From Thermodesulfobacteriota bacterium (GTDB lineage: Bacteria > Desulfobacterota > Binatia > Bin18): a DNA stretch of 64,000 nucleotides. Positions 38,461 to 48,016 of this stretch are shown one piece after another (position 1 is the stretch's first letter; each line of letters starts with the position of its first letter). The DNA is taken from assembly GCA_964291405.2 (NCBI GenBank), contig OZ219926.1, positions 1,333,825-1,397,824 on the forward strand. The letters run 5' to 3'. The notes under the pieces were generated by a model. It had not been told where the DNA came from and made no database searches. It worked only from the letters and a program-made list of their open reading frames with translations. A program made the translations under genes and the position numbers.

Positions 38461-39202
38461 CAACGCACGTGGGATAGTCCTTGACCCCCAATGCATGCTG
38501 TTTTAGAAGCCATCTGGTTCAAAAATTGAAGTTGCCTGAGTGGGGAAGATGCGCAGGTCGGACCAGCTCGCACGCAACTGTTTACTGCAGTCCTTGCCCG
38601 AAAACGGCTCAGTCGCGTAAAGGACATGGACCTCGACTCCCGCTGGCATCTCCCTCAGGAGGCGCAGCAGGGCTTCCCCGCCGCTGCCTTGACCCACCAG
38701 CAAGTGGTATAGACCACTGGGATCAGGCTTAAGAGTCGTGTAGACCGGCTTACTCTTGATGCCTGTGACTAACATTGATCACGAGTCTCCTCTCTACCCA
38801 AGTGTTCTGCTCAGCCGCCACGCTTCGGAGCCGTAGTGTACTCAAGCAAATCCAACACTTTTCACTACCCGCAGCAAGAGCCAGCTGGCTGGTTCGGTGC
38901 ACGGTCCCATCAACAATCTCTTTCGTGTTGAGCGCCATCTACTGAAAGCCGCGCATTATCGACTGCTCCTTGCTCGGGCCTTTACGACGTAGCGAGAGAT
39001 GACGTATGTCCAGCATGCAGCCTAACGGAAACACACAGTGACCTCCGCATATGATGCTCTTCGCCTTTTTCTTAATAACTTGACAAAACCCTGCGAAGTT
39101 AGCACGATGATTCCGGTGGGACCGGTGACGTCTGGTCTGTCCCTTGCCTTTCATACCTGACAATACCGTTTTAGAGTCTTTCAATCACAGGAGCTTGAAG
39201 CC

Positions 39203-39559
39203 ATGGCTAATCCATTATTTTCCAAGATAGGTAACAAAACGGTTACACCCATCGAAACTGACCTCGACGGCTGGAAGAAGGTCGAAGGTCACCCGACTAT
39301 GAAGACTTGGATCGAATACACCTCGGATGACAAATCGATGATCAGTGGCTGGTGGGAAGCTACACCCGGCACCTACCATGCAAGCTACGAATCCTGGGAA
39401 TTCGTCCACCTGATTGAAGGCCAGATCACGATCACGCCAGATGGAGGTTCTCCGCAGCAGGTCGGCCCCGGAGATGCGTTCGTGGTTGAAAAGGGCTTCA
39501 AGGGAACCTGGAAAATCCAGCAAAAGGCACTCAAGCATTTTGCTATTAAACTGCAATAG
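39203..39559 (+). CDS. cupin-3 (DUF861, EutQ-like) small cupin protein
   Basis: 118 aa, ISGWWEATPGTYHASYESWEFVHLIEGQITITPDGG...GDAFVVEKGFKGTWKI. Confidence 0.75.
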   Translation: MANPLFSKIGNKTVTPIETDLDGWKKVEGHPTMKTWIEYTSDDKSMISGWWEATPGTYHASYESWEFVHLIEGQITITPDGGSPQQVGPGDAFVVEKGFKGTWKIQQKALKHFAIKLQ

Positions 39560-39790
39560 TGGGCCTTCAGCTCGGGAAGCTGGCATACGGTTTCGAGGAT
39601 ATGCGGAGCACAGTATATTTGAGGCGTCATGCCGAGTTCCGGATCATGCCGAGTTTTGACCTCTCATCCCTCTGCGACTCAATCAGGTTGGTGGGTTCCC
39701 ATTCTCTCTACTCGGGGAACGATATCTACCTGCCAGAAAGTGGGCCATTTGCTGGCAGAGCGAGGGTGGAAGGCGGGAGGCCGGACGTGT

Positions 39791-39912
39791 GGGAAAGTAG
39801 AGCCAGACTCGACTATCCACCCAAGCCATATGGAAAGATCATAAAGTGGGATATCCCCGCAGCATTTGCGGAAGAAGTCCCATTAGTCGAGTCTGACCCC
39901 ATATATCGAGCG
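39791..39912. repeat. dispersed repeat, most complete copy (segments shared with 57164-57229, 58033-58055 and 61407-61451)
   Basis: 39813-39840 matches 57164-57191 at 27 of 28 nt. 39868-39912 matches 61407-61451 at about 39 of 45 nt. There is an internal 10-bp inverted repeat, CAGACTCGAC (39804-39813) / GTCGAGTCTG (39886-39895). Confidence 0.6.
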
Positions 39913-39928
39913 TGGTTATCGCACGCGA

Positions 39929-40201
39929 TCAAAGCTGCGGCGCTACCTCAGAAAGAAAGCGCGCGATCTGCCCCCTCTGGTCGTATGAAGGGAAACGGAT
40001 GATCATCGTTTGCACGTCGGCCGCGTCGAACGCGCGCAGCCGCTCTACACACTCCGTGGGTGCACCGTAGCCGGTCCAGACGTTCACTTTCCATTCCGGC
40101 CAATCCGAACTGTAGTGCTCATCGAGGAAACGCTTACTTTCCGTGTATGCGGCTACACGGTCGTCGTTGATGTTGAGGTTGAAGTACAGTGCATTTTCCA
40201 T
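39929..40201 (-). pseudogene. C-terminal fragment of an LLM-class oxidoreductase
   Basis: The 90 aa end in GYGAPTECVERLRAFDAADVQTMIIRFPSYDQ, the usual LLM C-terminal segment. No N-terminal barrel is encoded upstream. Confidence 0.5.
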
Positions 40202-40416
40202 CCGTGCGGGCTCTCTGCCATGGTTAACGGTGGCGGTAAGAATCTCCTGCTAAGCCATGCTGAACTGTTTCGGCGTCGCACCTACTGTCATCCACCCAGG
40301 CAGAGAAGTACCCATAAAAGTTCTAGCCTAAATCAGGTTCCGTACAATCATTACTTCTTATAGCACCTCACCATATCAAATAAGGCTTGGCTTCCACTCT
40401 GAGTTAGGAGCAACAC

Positions 40417-41454
40417 ATGAAAACATCCATCATGATCGGCGGAGCGACGTATACCGATATGCAGGGCATGGTTGAGTTTGTCCAACACGCTGAGCGTGTT
40501 GGCGTCGATCATGTCTGGTCGGCCGAGGGGTGGAGCCAGGATGCGGCAACATCCCTTGCCTATCTCGCTGGCCAGACTGAGCGCATCATCCTCGGCACCG
40601 GTATTATGCAGATCAGCGCCCGTGCGCCGTCTATGATGGCTATGACAGCCCTGTCCTTACACGATCTCTCCGGAGGACGCTTCATCCTGGGCTTGGGAAC
40701 AAGCGGCCCTCAAGTTGTAGAAGGGTTGCAGGGCGTCCCATTTCACGCGCCGCTTACCCGACTGAAAGAGACAGTCGATATTATCCGCATGGCTTTTCGA
40801 GGTGAGAAGCTACGCTATGAAGGCAAGCTCCATACCCTGCCGCGACCGGGTGGTGAGGGCAAGGCGCTCCGGCTTGACCATAAGCCCGTGGACATCCCCA
40901 TCTTTCTGGCAACCCTGGCACCCAAGGCGCTTGAATATACAGGCGCAGCGTCAGATGGTTGGCTAGGTACCTCATTTTCGCCTGAGTGTCCCGAAGCCCA
41001 TCTGGCTTATATTCGCAAAGGGGCAGAAGCAGCAGGACGAAAACTCAGCGACATTTCCCTGCATGCTGGGTGCGTGGTTGCGCTTGGCGACAATGTCGAG
41101 GAGCTCATCAACATGCGCAAGCCGTCTGTCGCCTTTAGTATGGGCGCTATGGGCTCGGCCACAACGAATTTTTACAACGCGGCCTTCCAACGCGCAGGGT
41201 TCGAAGACGATGCCAAAGCCATTCAACAACTATGGAGTAAGGGAAAACGCAAAGAAGCCGCAGAGCGCGTTCCGGACGCTATGGTGACGCAGTTCGGGGC
41301 TGTCGGGACCCCAGACATGATTCGTAAACGCTTTCAAAAATACAAAGACGTGGGAATTGACGGACTCACACTACGCATTGAAGCCGCAGATCATGCGAAA
41401 CGCATGGCAGATCTCGAACAAGTTATGGATGTGGTTGGCTCGATTGAAAAGTGA
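40417..41454 (+). CDS. LLM-class oxidoreductase (resembles the F420-dependent subgroup)
   Basis: 345 aa, with VDHVWSAEGWSQDA, GRFILGLGTSGPQVVEG and GTPDMIRKRFQKYKDVGIDGLTLR. Confidence 0.8.
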   Translation: MKTSIMIGGATYTDMQGMVEFVQHAERVGVDHVWSAEGWSQDAATSLAYLAGQTERIILGTGIMQISARAPSMMAMTALSLHDLSGGRFILGLGTSGPQVVEGLQGVPFHAPLTRLKETVDIIRMAFRGEKLRYEGKLHTLPRPGGEGKALRLDHKPVDIPIFLATLAPKALEYTGAASDGWLGTSFSPECPEAHLAYIRKGAEAAGRKLSDISLHAGCVVALGDNVEELINMRKPSVAFSMGAMGSATTNFYNAAFQRAGFEDDAKAIQQLWSKGKRKEAAERVPDAMVTQFGAVGTPDMIRKRFQKYKDVGIDGLTLRIEAADHAKRMADLEQVMDVVGSIEK

Positions 41455-41536
41455 ACTGATAACGCCTTTTCCTGAGATGGGACCTTTTATTATCGCGGAA
41501 GACACGCAATTACCATATCTGTTCAAAGGAGCAAAG

Positions 41537-42697
41537 ATGCACGACAACGACCAAGCCATGCGCGAGTTTGCCAAGACCTTAGCGCTGCCAGAATTTGAAG
41601 AAGCCGCTTTCACGAAACCACCACCGCTGCGAGAGGCGCACGTGGCGATCGTGACCAGCGCTGCGCTCCACCGAATCGGCAGCCCCAAGTGGAAGGTTGA
41701 GGATTTCCACTTTGAGACCTTGCCGAATGACGCCCGCGATCTGAAGCTCGGCCACCTGAGCCCGAACTTTGATCGGGCTGGCTTTGCCGCTGACATGAAC
41801 GTCGTCTATCCGGTCGACCGCCTGCAGGAACTCTCCGATCAGGGGGTGATCGGCAGCGTCGCTAATTACCACTACGCCTTCGCCGGCAACCAACCCGAAG
41901 GGCTATCCGCGCTGCGTTTGGATACTGGTCCGGCCTGCGCTCACAAGATGCGTGAGGATGGAGTGGATGTTGTCCTGCTCACTCCGGTTTGACCGCTGTG
42001 TCCGCGTACCGTGTGTACGCTGGCCCACGTCTTCGAGGCGGCTGGTCTGTCAACGGTCGTGATCTCACCGATGCGTGATGTTGCAGAACGCATGCGTCCA
42101 CCACGCGTACTGTATGCAGAATTTCCATTAGGGCTGCCTCTCGGCAAGCCCCGCGACGCGGCCTATCAGCACCGGGTGCTCGAAGCGGCCTTTGCCCTGC
42201 TGGAACGGCCGAGTGGACCGGTTCTCGTAGACTTCCCGGAGACGATCCAAAGCAGGGGTGGGGAGCCCTTAGAGTGTCCGCTTCCGCCTCGTTACGATCC
42301 GAACCTGCACCCAGCCATTGACGAAGCACAAGCGTTACGCGCTGCTTACGACCGCGCTGTAGCGAAAACTGGGCGGACCAGTGTCGGCCGGGTGATCAAT
42401 GCGGATCAGATTCCTGCCGCACTCGAGAAGTTCGTACGTATCGCCGAAGGGGAAGCCTGGGATCAGGTTGGGCTCGAAGGGACGACTATGCAGGTCGTGC
42501 ACGATATCCGGGCCTACTACGAAGAGTTGGCCTGCGAACTGGTAGTCGACGAGCCCATTCCGGCGTGGAGCGCTGAGCGTTGGTTCTACGATAAAACCGA
42601 GGCCGGTAAGGTGTTGCTGACGGCACGCCGTACGCTGAAGGAGAGTGGGGCGAACCGTCCGATCTGGTTTTTCATGGCCCCGGGCTCACGCCAGTAA
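41537..42697 (+). CDS. GrdB/PrdB-family (glycine/sarcosine/betaine/D-proline reductase selenoprotein B-like) protein with an in-frame UGA
   Basis: ORFs 41357..41992 and 42011..42697 are in the same frame, 654 nt apart. The only stop between them is TGA at 41990-41992. The joined sequence reads VDVVLLTPV-U-PLCPRTVCTLAHVFEAAGLSTVVIS...YAEFPLGLPLGKPRD. The N-terminal blocks VAIVTSAALH and DMNVVYPVDRLQEL fit the GRDB family. AAGGAG precedes the ATG at 41537. Confidence 0.75.
42000..42024 (+). promoter_or_regulatory. candidate bacterial SECIS stem-loop for UGA 41990-41992
   Basis: A perfect stem GCGTAC/GTACGC (42004-42009 / 42015-42020) closes the loop CGTGT. It is extendable to 42000-42024 with one mismatch. 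Confidence 0.55.
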
Positions 42698-42751
42698 AGC
42701 CGTCCGTAGTGGACATCGGGTAAAGATTTTTTACAGCGAAAGGAGCGGTGT

Positions 42752-43594
42752 ATGAAGCTGAGTATTAACGTGCGGAATTGGGGTCCTCATTCGACCGCTG
42801 ACATCATGCTCGAATGTGCCCATGCGGCCGATGAGTCCGGACTTGATACGCTCTGGATTAACGAGCATATTGCGATCCCACCGAATCTCGAAATGCCAGG
42901 CGGCTTCCCTGATTTCTCAGAAGGACGGGTTCTCGATCCGTTTGCGACTCTCGCATTCCTCGCCTCGGCGACAAAACGGATCGGCTTAGGTACGGCCGTC
43001 ATCCTCCTCCCCTACCGCCCCCCGCTTCCAACGGCAAAACTCGTCGCAACGGTCCATGAACTGTCGGGCGAACGTTTGCGTTTGGGTGTGGGCGTGGGCT
43101 GGATGAAAGAGGAATTTCAGGCCCTCGGGGTCGACTACAGTCGGCGCGGGGCAATGACGAACGAAACCTTAGCCTTTATCCGCCAGTGTTTTGATGGGGA
43201 CGATATAACTGAAGCGAATGGGCAACCCTTTTTATTTCGGCCCCGTCCCGCCTGCCCCCCAATTTATGTTGGGGGTGCACCACCGCATAGCCTTGAACGC
43301 ACGGTAAAATACGGTCACGGCTGGATTCCAGCCGGTGTCGAGGCGGAAGTCCTCAAGCCCGATATTGAAAAGCTGCAACAGCTGGCAAAGGAAGCCGGCC
43401 GCTCGGCGCTTGAAGTGGTTGCCATGAAAACCTTGCCCATCGATGACCCACCAAAGGCGATCGACTACGCGAAAGGCTTTGCGGAGGTAGGCGTGACCCA
43501 TCTTGTCCATACCCAAGGGTACGAGAGTGCGGCTGAATATCGACAGAATATCGCTGTTCTCGAAGAAAGAATTCGACCAGCTTTAGCCGACTAA
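42752..43594 (+). CDS. LLM-class oxidoreductase (F420-dependent-like, short form)
   Basis: 280 aa, with LDTLWINEH, RLRLGVGVGWMKEEFQALGV, PPIYVGGAPPHSLERTVKYGHGWIP. Confidence 0.8.
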   Translation: MKLSINVRNWGPHSTADIMLECAHAADESGLDTLWINEHIAIPPNLEMPGGFPDFSEGRVLDPFATLAFLASATKRIGLGTAVILLPYRPPLPTAKLVATVHELSGERLRLGVGVGWMKEEFQALGVDYSRRGAMTNETLAFIRQCFDGDDITEANGQPFLFRPRPACPPIYVGGAPPHSLERTVKYGHGWIPAGVEAEVLKPDIEKLQQLAKEAGRSALEVVAMKTLPIDDPPKAIDYAKGFAEVGVTHLVHTQGYESAAEYRQNIAVLEERIRPALAD

Positions 43595-43811
43595 GGAAAA
43601 GGTTCTGGGAGAGCCGGGCACGACGGGGGCAGTCTTCTTCGAGACCGGATGCGGCAATCGCGCAGAGGGTATCGAGGTCAGACATCAGTGCGCTCTGACG
43701 ATGGATCTCGCTGGTTGCGCGGGGATCTCTGAGACGGCGAGCGCCGTTCAGGGTGGACCCTGAGGAGTATTCCACGTCGCCTCCCGAATACCTCAAACCC
43801 TCAGGATGATC

Positions 43812-44207
43812 TTAGTCCATAGCGATGGCTGATATTTCAAACATAGCCCCCGGAGCATAGAGCCCGGTCACTCCATGCAGCGCACTACCCGTAGGGGTAG
43901 AATCGCCAAAGGCTTTAGCGAGCACATCTAAATTCGCATAAGTTTGTGGCACATCAGTAGTGTATATGAAGTAATGAACAACGTTAGATAGATTCATGTC
44001 AGCTTCTTTCAGAACACGTTCCACATGGTCTATTGCCATGGCCATCTGTGCGCGCATATCACCGACGTGGCAAGGTTCTCCTGTCTCTTCGTCCATCGCA
44101 ACTTGGCCAGTAACAAACACAATTCGGGTATAGTCCTCTATGATCTCTCCCTGAGGAACTCCAAGGTTTTTGAAAAAGGGGGATATAGTGATAGGGGTTC
44201 TCTTCAT
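43812..44207 (-). CDS. RidA/YjgF-family protein
   Basis: The ATG at 44207 (MKRTPIT) follows AAGGAG. The sequence contains IVFVTGQVAMDEETGE and ends with the FEISAIA-type motif. Confidence 0.75.
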   Translation of the reverse strand: MKRTPITISPFFKNLGVPQGEIIEDYTRIVFVTGQVAMDEETGEPCHVGDMRAQMAMAIDHVERVLKEADMNLSNVVHYFIYTTDVPQTYANLDVLAKAFGDSTPTGSALHGVTGLYAPGAMFEISAIAMD

Positions 44208-44480
44208 TATTCTTACTCCTTTCCACCTCAATGATAGGCGGTATCTGTTTTCAGAATCGAAGCACTGAGAACTGGAGATAAATATCATAAGGGCATGGCG
44301 TCTGCGAGCAGCGACTAAACATCACCCAGTGCTCGTCCTGGGCGTCCACCTCTCCCCTGTCTGTTGTCACCTGTGTAGGCAGTGAGACTTTCCCATGGGA
44401 ATACATGCCCTCACAGCGGCGTCAAAAATGAGCCGTGCTTAGTTTGCAACCAGGACGGCTTCCTATCGGAGAGTCGATAA

Positions 44481-44496
44481 GATATATCTAGGCAAC
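44481..44496 (+). promoter_or_regulatory. conserved box GATATATCTAGGCAAC upstream of BVMO gene 3
   Basis: The 16-nt core is identical to 3150-3165. The palindrome AGATATATCT lies at 44480-44489, and the box ends 37 nt before the ATG at 44534. Confidence 0.5.
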
Positions 44497-44533
44497 CTGA
44501 AAACCGACGTAGGATCATAGAGGATGGAACACC

Positions 44534-46195
44534 ATGACGAACACGACTCAACAGCCACACGGAAACGGATCGCTTGAATACTGTGACGCCGTCATCATCG
44601 GAGCGGGCGTTGGCGGCATGTACGCCTTACACCACCTGCGCGAAATGGGCCTGTCAGTGCGCGTGTACGACGGCGCCGGCGGTATCGGCGGAACCTGGTG
44701 GTGGAACCGCTACCCCGGTGCACGGGTCGATGGTCCGGGCAGTCCTTTCTACTGCTACACCTTCTCGGAAGAGCTGGTGCGGGAGTGGGACTGGGCCGAG
44801 ACCCAGCCAAGCCAAGAGCAGGTACTGGACTACCTTGAGCACGTGGCCGACCGGCTCGACCTGCGCCGCGACATCCAACTTGAGACCTGGATACGCGACG
44901 CCCGTTATGACGAAGCGGTCCAGCGCTGGACAGTTGAGACCAGCGGTGGCGAGCGTGTCTCGGCTCAGTTTTTGATCTGCGCAGTCGGCACCCTCTCGGC
45001 GGCCCACAAACCCGACTTCCCTGGACTCGACGATTTTACCGGTGAGTGCTACCACACCGGCCGCTGGCCGCAGGAACCTGTTTCTTTTGAGGGCAAACGC
45101 GTTGGCGTGATCGGGACTGGCTCCTCGGGGGTACAGGCGGTTCCTGTAATCGCTCGCGAGGCCGCACACCTGACGGTGTTCCAGCGCACACCGCAATACA
45201 GCATCCCGGCACGTAACCGTCCCCTCGAGCCTGAGTTAATGCAGTACGCCCGCGAAAACTGGGACGAAGTCCGGGCGAAAATGAACGCCCATCCCGTAGG
45301 CATGCCGTTCGAGACCACCTCGCGCTTGGGTATCGAGGACACCCCCGAACAACGCCAAGCGCTCTACGAGGATCTGTGGCAGAAGGGCAGCTTCAACCTC
45401 CTTTTCGGCAGCTATGCCGACCTCCTGACCAATAAGGAGACCAACCGCACGCTGGCCGATTTTATACGCGGTAAGATTCGCGAGTGCGTGAAGGACCCCG
45501 AGATTGCCGAGAAGCTGATGCCAGACTACTATCTGGGCACCAAGCGCCAGATCCTCGATAATGGCTACTACGAAACCTTCAATCGCGATAACGTCACTTT
45601 AGTAGACTTACGCGAAGACCCAATTCAGACGGTCACTGCAACAGGTGTACGGACTGAGACCGGCGACCATCCGCTCGATATGATCGTGATGGCAACGGGC
45701 TTCGACGCCATCAGCGGCACTCTGCTGCGCCTCAACCCCAAGGGGCGTGGCGGCGTCGGCCTCAAGGAGAAGTGGAGCAGTCGCTTCGATAACTACCTTG
45801 GTATGGCGATTGCCGACTTCCCCAATCTGTTTATGATCCATGGCCCAGGCTCACCCTCAGTGCTCTATAACATGCCGCTCGGTGCCGAGCGCGAGACGGA
45901 GTGGATCGGCAACTGCGTGCAATATCTACGCGAACGTGGTCTGGGTGCCATCGAGGCGACGCCGGACGCTGAGAAAGACTGGGACAAAGAGGTCAACGAA
46001 CTCGCCAACGAGACGCTCTACCCCCTCACTGACTCCTGGTACACAGGCGCCAATATCCCAGGCAAGCCCCGTCAGTTCTGCGTCCACCTGGGTGGTCCGC
46101 TGTACTTTCAGCGCATCTCTGAGGCTGCCGCCAAGGGCTACGAGGGGTTCGTGTTTGAGGAGGAGAACAACGTAGACGTCTCCGCCGCGTCCTGA
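44534..46195 (+). CDS. type I Baeyer-Villiger monooxygenase, divergent third paralog
   Basis: 553 aa, with GAGVGG, the fingerprint FTGECYHTGRWP and GTGSSG. Confidence 0.9.
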   Translation: MTNTTQQPHGNGSLEYCDAVIIGAGVGGMYALHHLREMGLSVRVYDGAGGIGGTWWWNRYPGARVDGPGSPFYCYTFSEELVREWDWAETQPSQEQVLDYLEHVADRLDLRRDIQLETWIRDARYDEAVQRWTVETSGGERVSAQFLICAVGTLSAAHKPDFPGLDDFTGECYHTGRWPQEPVSFEGKRVGVIGTGSSGVQAVPVIAREAAHLTVFQRTPQYSIPARNRPLEPELMQYARENWDEVRAKMNAHPVGMPFETTSRLGIEDTPEQRQALYEDLWQKGSFNLLFGSYADLLTNKETNRTLADFIRGKIRECVKDPEIAEKLMPDYYLGTKRQILDNGYYETFNRDNVTLVDLREDPIQTVTATGVRTETGDHPLDMIVMATGFDAISGTLLRLNPKGRGGVGLKEKWSSRFDNYLGMAIADFPNLFMIHGPGSPSVLYNMPLGAERETEWIGNCVQYLRERGLGAIEATPDAEKDWDKEVNELANETLYPLTDSWYTGANIPGKPRQFCVHLGGPLYFQRISEAAAKGYEGFVFEEENNVDVSAAS

Positions 46196-46281
46196 GCGCC
46201 TCAGAACGTCGACCCGGGCGCTACCCTATACCGATCCGCTTTTGTGGAAGGGCGTCTTGGATTCAGCCGGTTAGGGGTACA

Positions 46282-46298
46282 GGGGCCCGCGCCCTTTT
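46282..46298 (+). terminator. possible intrinsic terminator (short GC hairpin plus T tract)
   Basis: GGGC-CCGC-GCCC is followed by TTTT between the convergent BVMO and GST genes. The stem is short, so this call is weak. Confidence 0.3.
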
Positions 46299-46952
46299 CT
46301 AAACCTCAAAGCGTGCCTGCATCCGCTCCCACCACTTGCCCAAAGACGGGGCAGAATCAAACAGCGGTTCGTCGCTGACCCGGGTGATCCAGGTGAAGGT
46401 GCCGAAAAGACAGAAATCAGCATAGGTTAAAATCTCAAACAAATATTCGTGCCCTAAAGCGACGGCCTCAAGGTCGGCGAGGACAGATTTGAAGCGTGGA
46501 CGAAATTCGTCGCGCTTGGCGGCAATATCTTCGAGCGTTGCGCCCAGCCGCGCCTCGAAGTTTTCGCGGAAATAGGCGCGATCGACCGGCTCGATCTTTT
46601 CAAAGACGTCGTACACCACGACCGGAAAGAACGCTGGATGCAGCGTGGTGTCGACATATATATTAAAAAACCGGCAGGCCTTTTTCATGCCAAGGACAGG
46701 AAAGAGCTTGGGCTCTGGGTGCTGCTCTTCCAAATACTCTGCGATTTTCCACGAATCGGAAACAACCGTGCTGTTATCTTTGATGACCGGCACACGCTCC
46801 TGGTTGGAGAAAGTCAGCTTGTCTTTATCACAAAACCGAATTGGTACAGTGGTATAATCCAGGTTCTTATAGCGCAGCGCGGCTTTGGTACGGGCACAGA
46901 ATGGACTGCAGCGCAGGTCATTTGCTCCAGTGAGATCATAGACTTCGATCAT
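46299..46952 (-). CDS. glutathione S-transferase family protein
   Basis: 217 aa, with CSPFCARTKAALRYKNL, VPVIKDNSTVVSDSWKIAEYLEE and a helical C-domain. Confidence 0.75.
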   Translation of the reverse strand: MIEVYDLTGANDLRCSPFCARTKAALRYKNLDYTTVPIRFCDKDKLTFSNQERVPVIKDNSTVVSDSWKIAEYLEEQHPEPKLFPVLGMKKACRFFNIYVDTTLHPAFFPVVVYDVFEKIEPVDRAYFRENFEARLGATLEDIAAKRDEFRPRFKSVLADLEAVALGHEYLFEILTYADFCLFGTFTWITRVSDEPLFDSAPSLGKWWERMQARFEV

Positions 46953-47241
46953 TGGGTTTCCCCTCTCTCATATCTCTAGCGCTTTTCGTCATCGCCAAAA
47001 AAAGAGAAGAAGTCAAGGAGACGGGTGGTGGTACAGGTGTACCACCACCCGTTCGCATTTGCCTCTGTAAATTTGTACTATGCAATCGTAATCTGGTCGC
47101 AGACAGCTTCCTTGGGGGACGGTGTCAGACGGCAAGGAGTTGCAGCGGGTACGGGTTGTGTGCGGCGGCCTCATTGTCGTTCGAAGGTACGGGGCCGCTC
47201 ATGCGATTGCATGAATTGAATGATCCGGAGGGTAGAGACTG

Positions 47242-47625
47242 ATGAACAGGAAACATGATGCGGGAGTTGCGAAGCACATCGGTACGTACAGCGATGCGGT
47301 AGAGATTGATTCCGCACAACGCATTCTCTATGTGTCCGGTACCCCCGGTATTGATGCGGACAGTGGCCACTTGCCGGACGACTTCGCCGAGCAGGCGGAT
47401 CTCGCCTGGCGCAACGTCGTGAACATTCTCAAGCGGGCGGATATGGGTGTTGAAGATATCGTCAAACTGACCCAGCATCTTATTCGGCGGGAAGACTTGA
47501 AAATCTATCGAGAAATACGATCACGGTATTTGGGGACGTGCGCTCCAGCCTCAATGCTCACCCTGCTCCCCGGTCTCGTTTGGCCGAATATGCTGATCGA
47601 GCTGGAGGTCGTGGCCGCGAAATGA
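47242..47625 (+). CDS. RidA/YjgF-family protein (second paralog)
   Basis: 127 aa, with ILYVSGTPGID and LIELEVVAAK. Confidence 0.75.
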   Translation: MNRKHDAGVAKHIGTYSDAVEIDSAQRILYVSGTPGIDADSGHLPDDFAEQADLAWRNVVNILKRADMGVEDIVKLTQHLIRREDLKIYREIRSRYLGTCAPASMLTLLPGLVWPNMLIELEVVAAK

Positions 47626-48016
47626 AGCCAGGAAGGCACTGTCAAGTTTTCGGAGGGAAAGCACGAAATTCACTTACTGTGATATAGAGTTAGAGTCCTT
47701 TTTACGCAGACATCCGATCCGTTGTCGCCGCACGCCAGGTCATAAAGACCCGTTCTCGAAACAGCCGCTAGTGGGCTACCTCCAAGAGATAGCGTCCAGT
47801 CCGAAAGAGACTGAGGCATTCCATGATTACTGCACCTCGAAGCGACCCATCACAAGGGTCCAACAACTTTCCTCCATGGAAGTTTATGTCGTGTATCCTC
47901 GCAAACCCTCTATGTGCATAATAACTAAACGCTCATATGATAATCTCCTTGCGACGGGGCCGCCCTCCCCTGACTGAAATCGACCGGCTGATCGAATTTG
48001 GGAACAGGCCGCAACG

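Noticed and set aside
39559-40002. 147-aa ORF as a real gene
   Set aside because: It has no RBS and no family resemblance. It is largely composed of the dispersed repeat copy and overlaps the LLM C-terminal fragment on the other strand, so I treat it as non-coding or relic sequence.
8805-41992. Alternative explanation of the three in-frame TGAs by a reassigned genetic code (UGA as Trp or Gly)
   Set aside because: Many genes here terminate with TGA at family-typical C-termini. The three special TGAs all align with expected Cys positions of two-thiol motifs and have downstream hairpins. This fits Sec rather than a global reassignment.
46193-46300. Long open frame after the TGA stop of BVMO gene 3
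   Set aside because: The BVMO is complete before the stop. The extension has no homology expectation and runs into the convergent GST gene.
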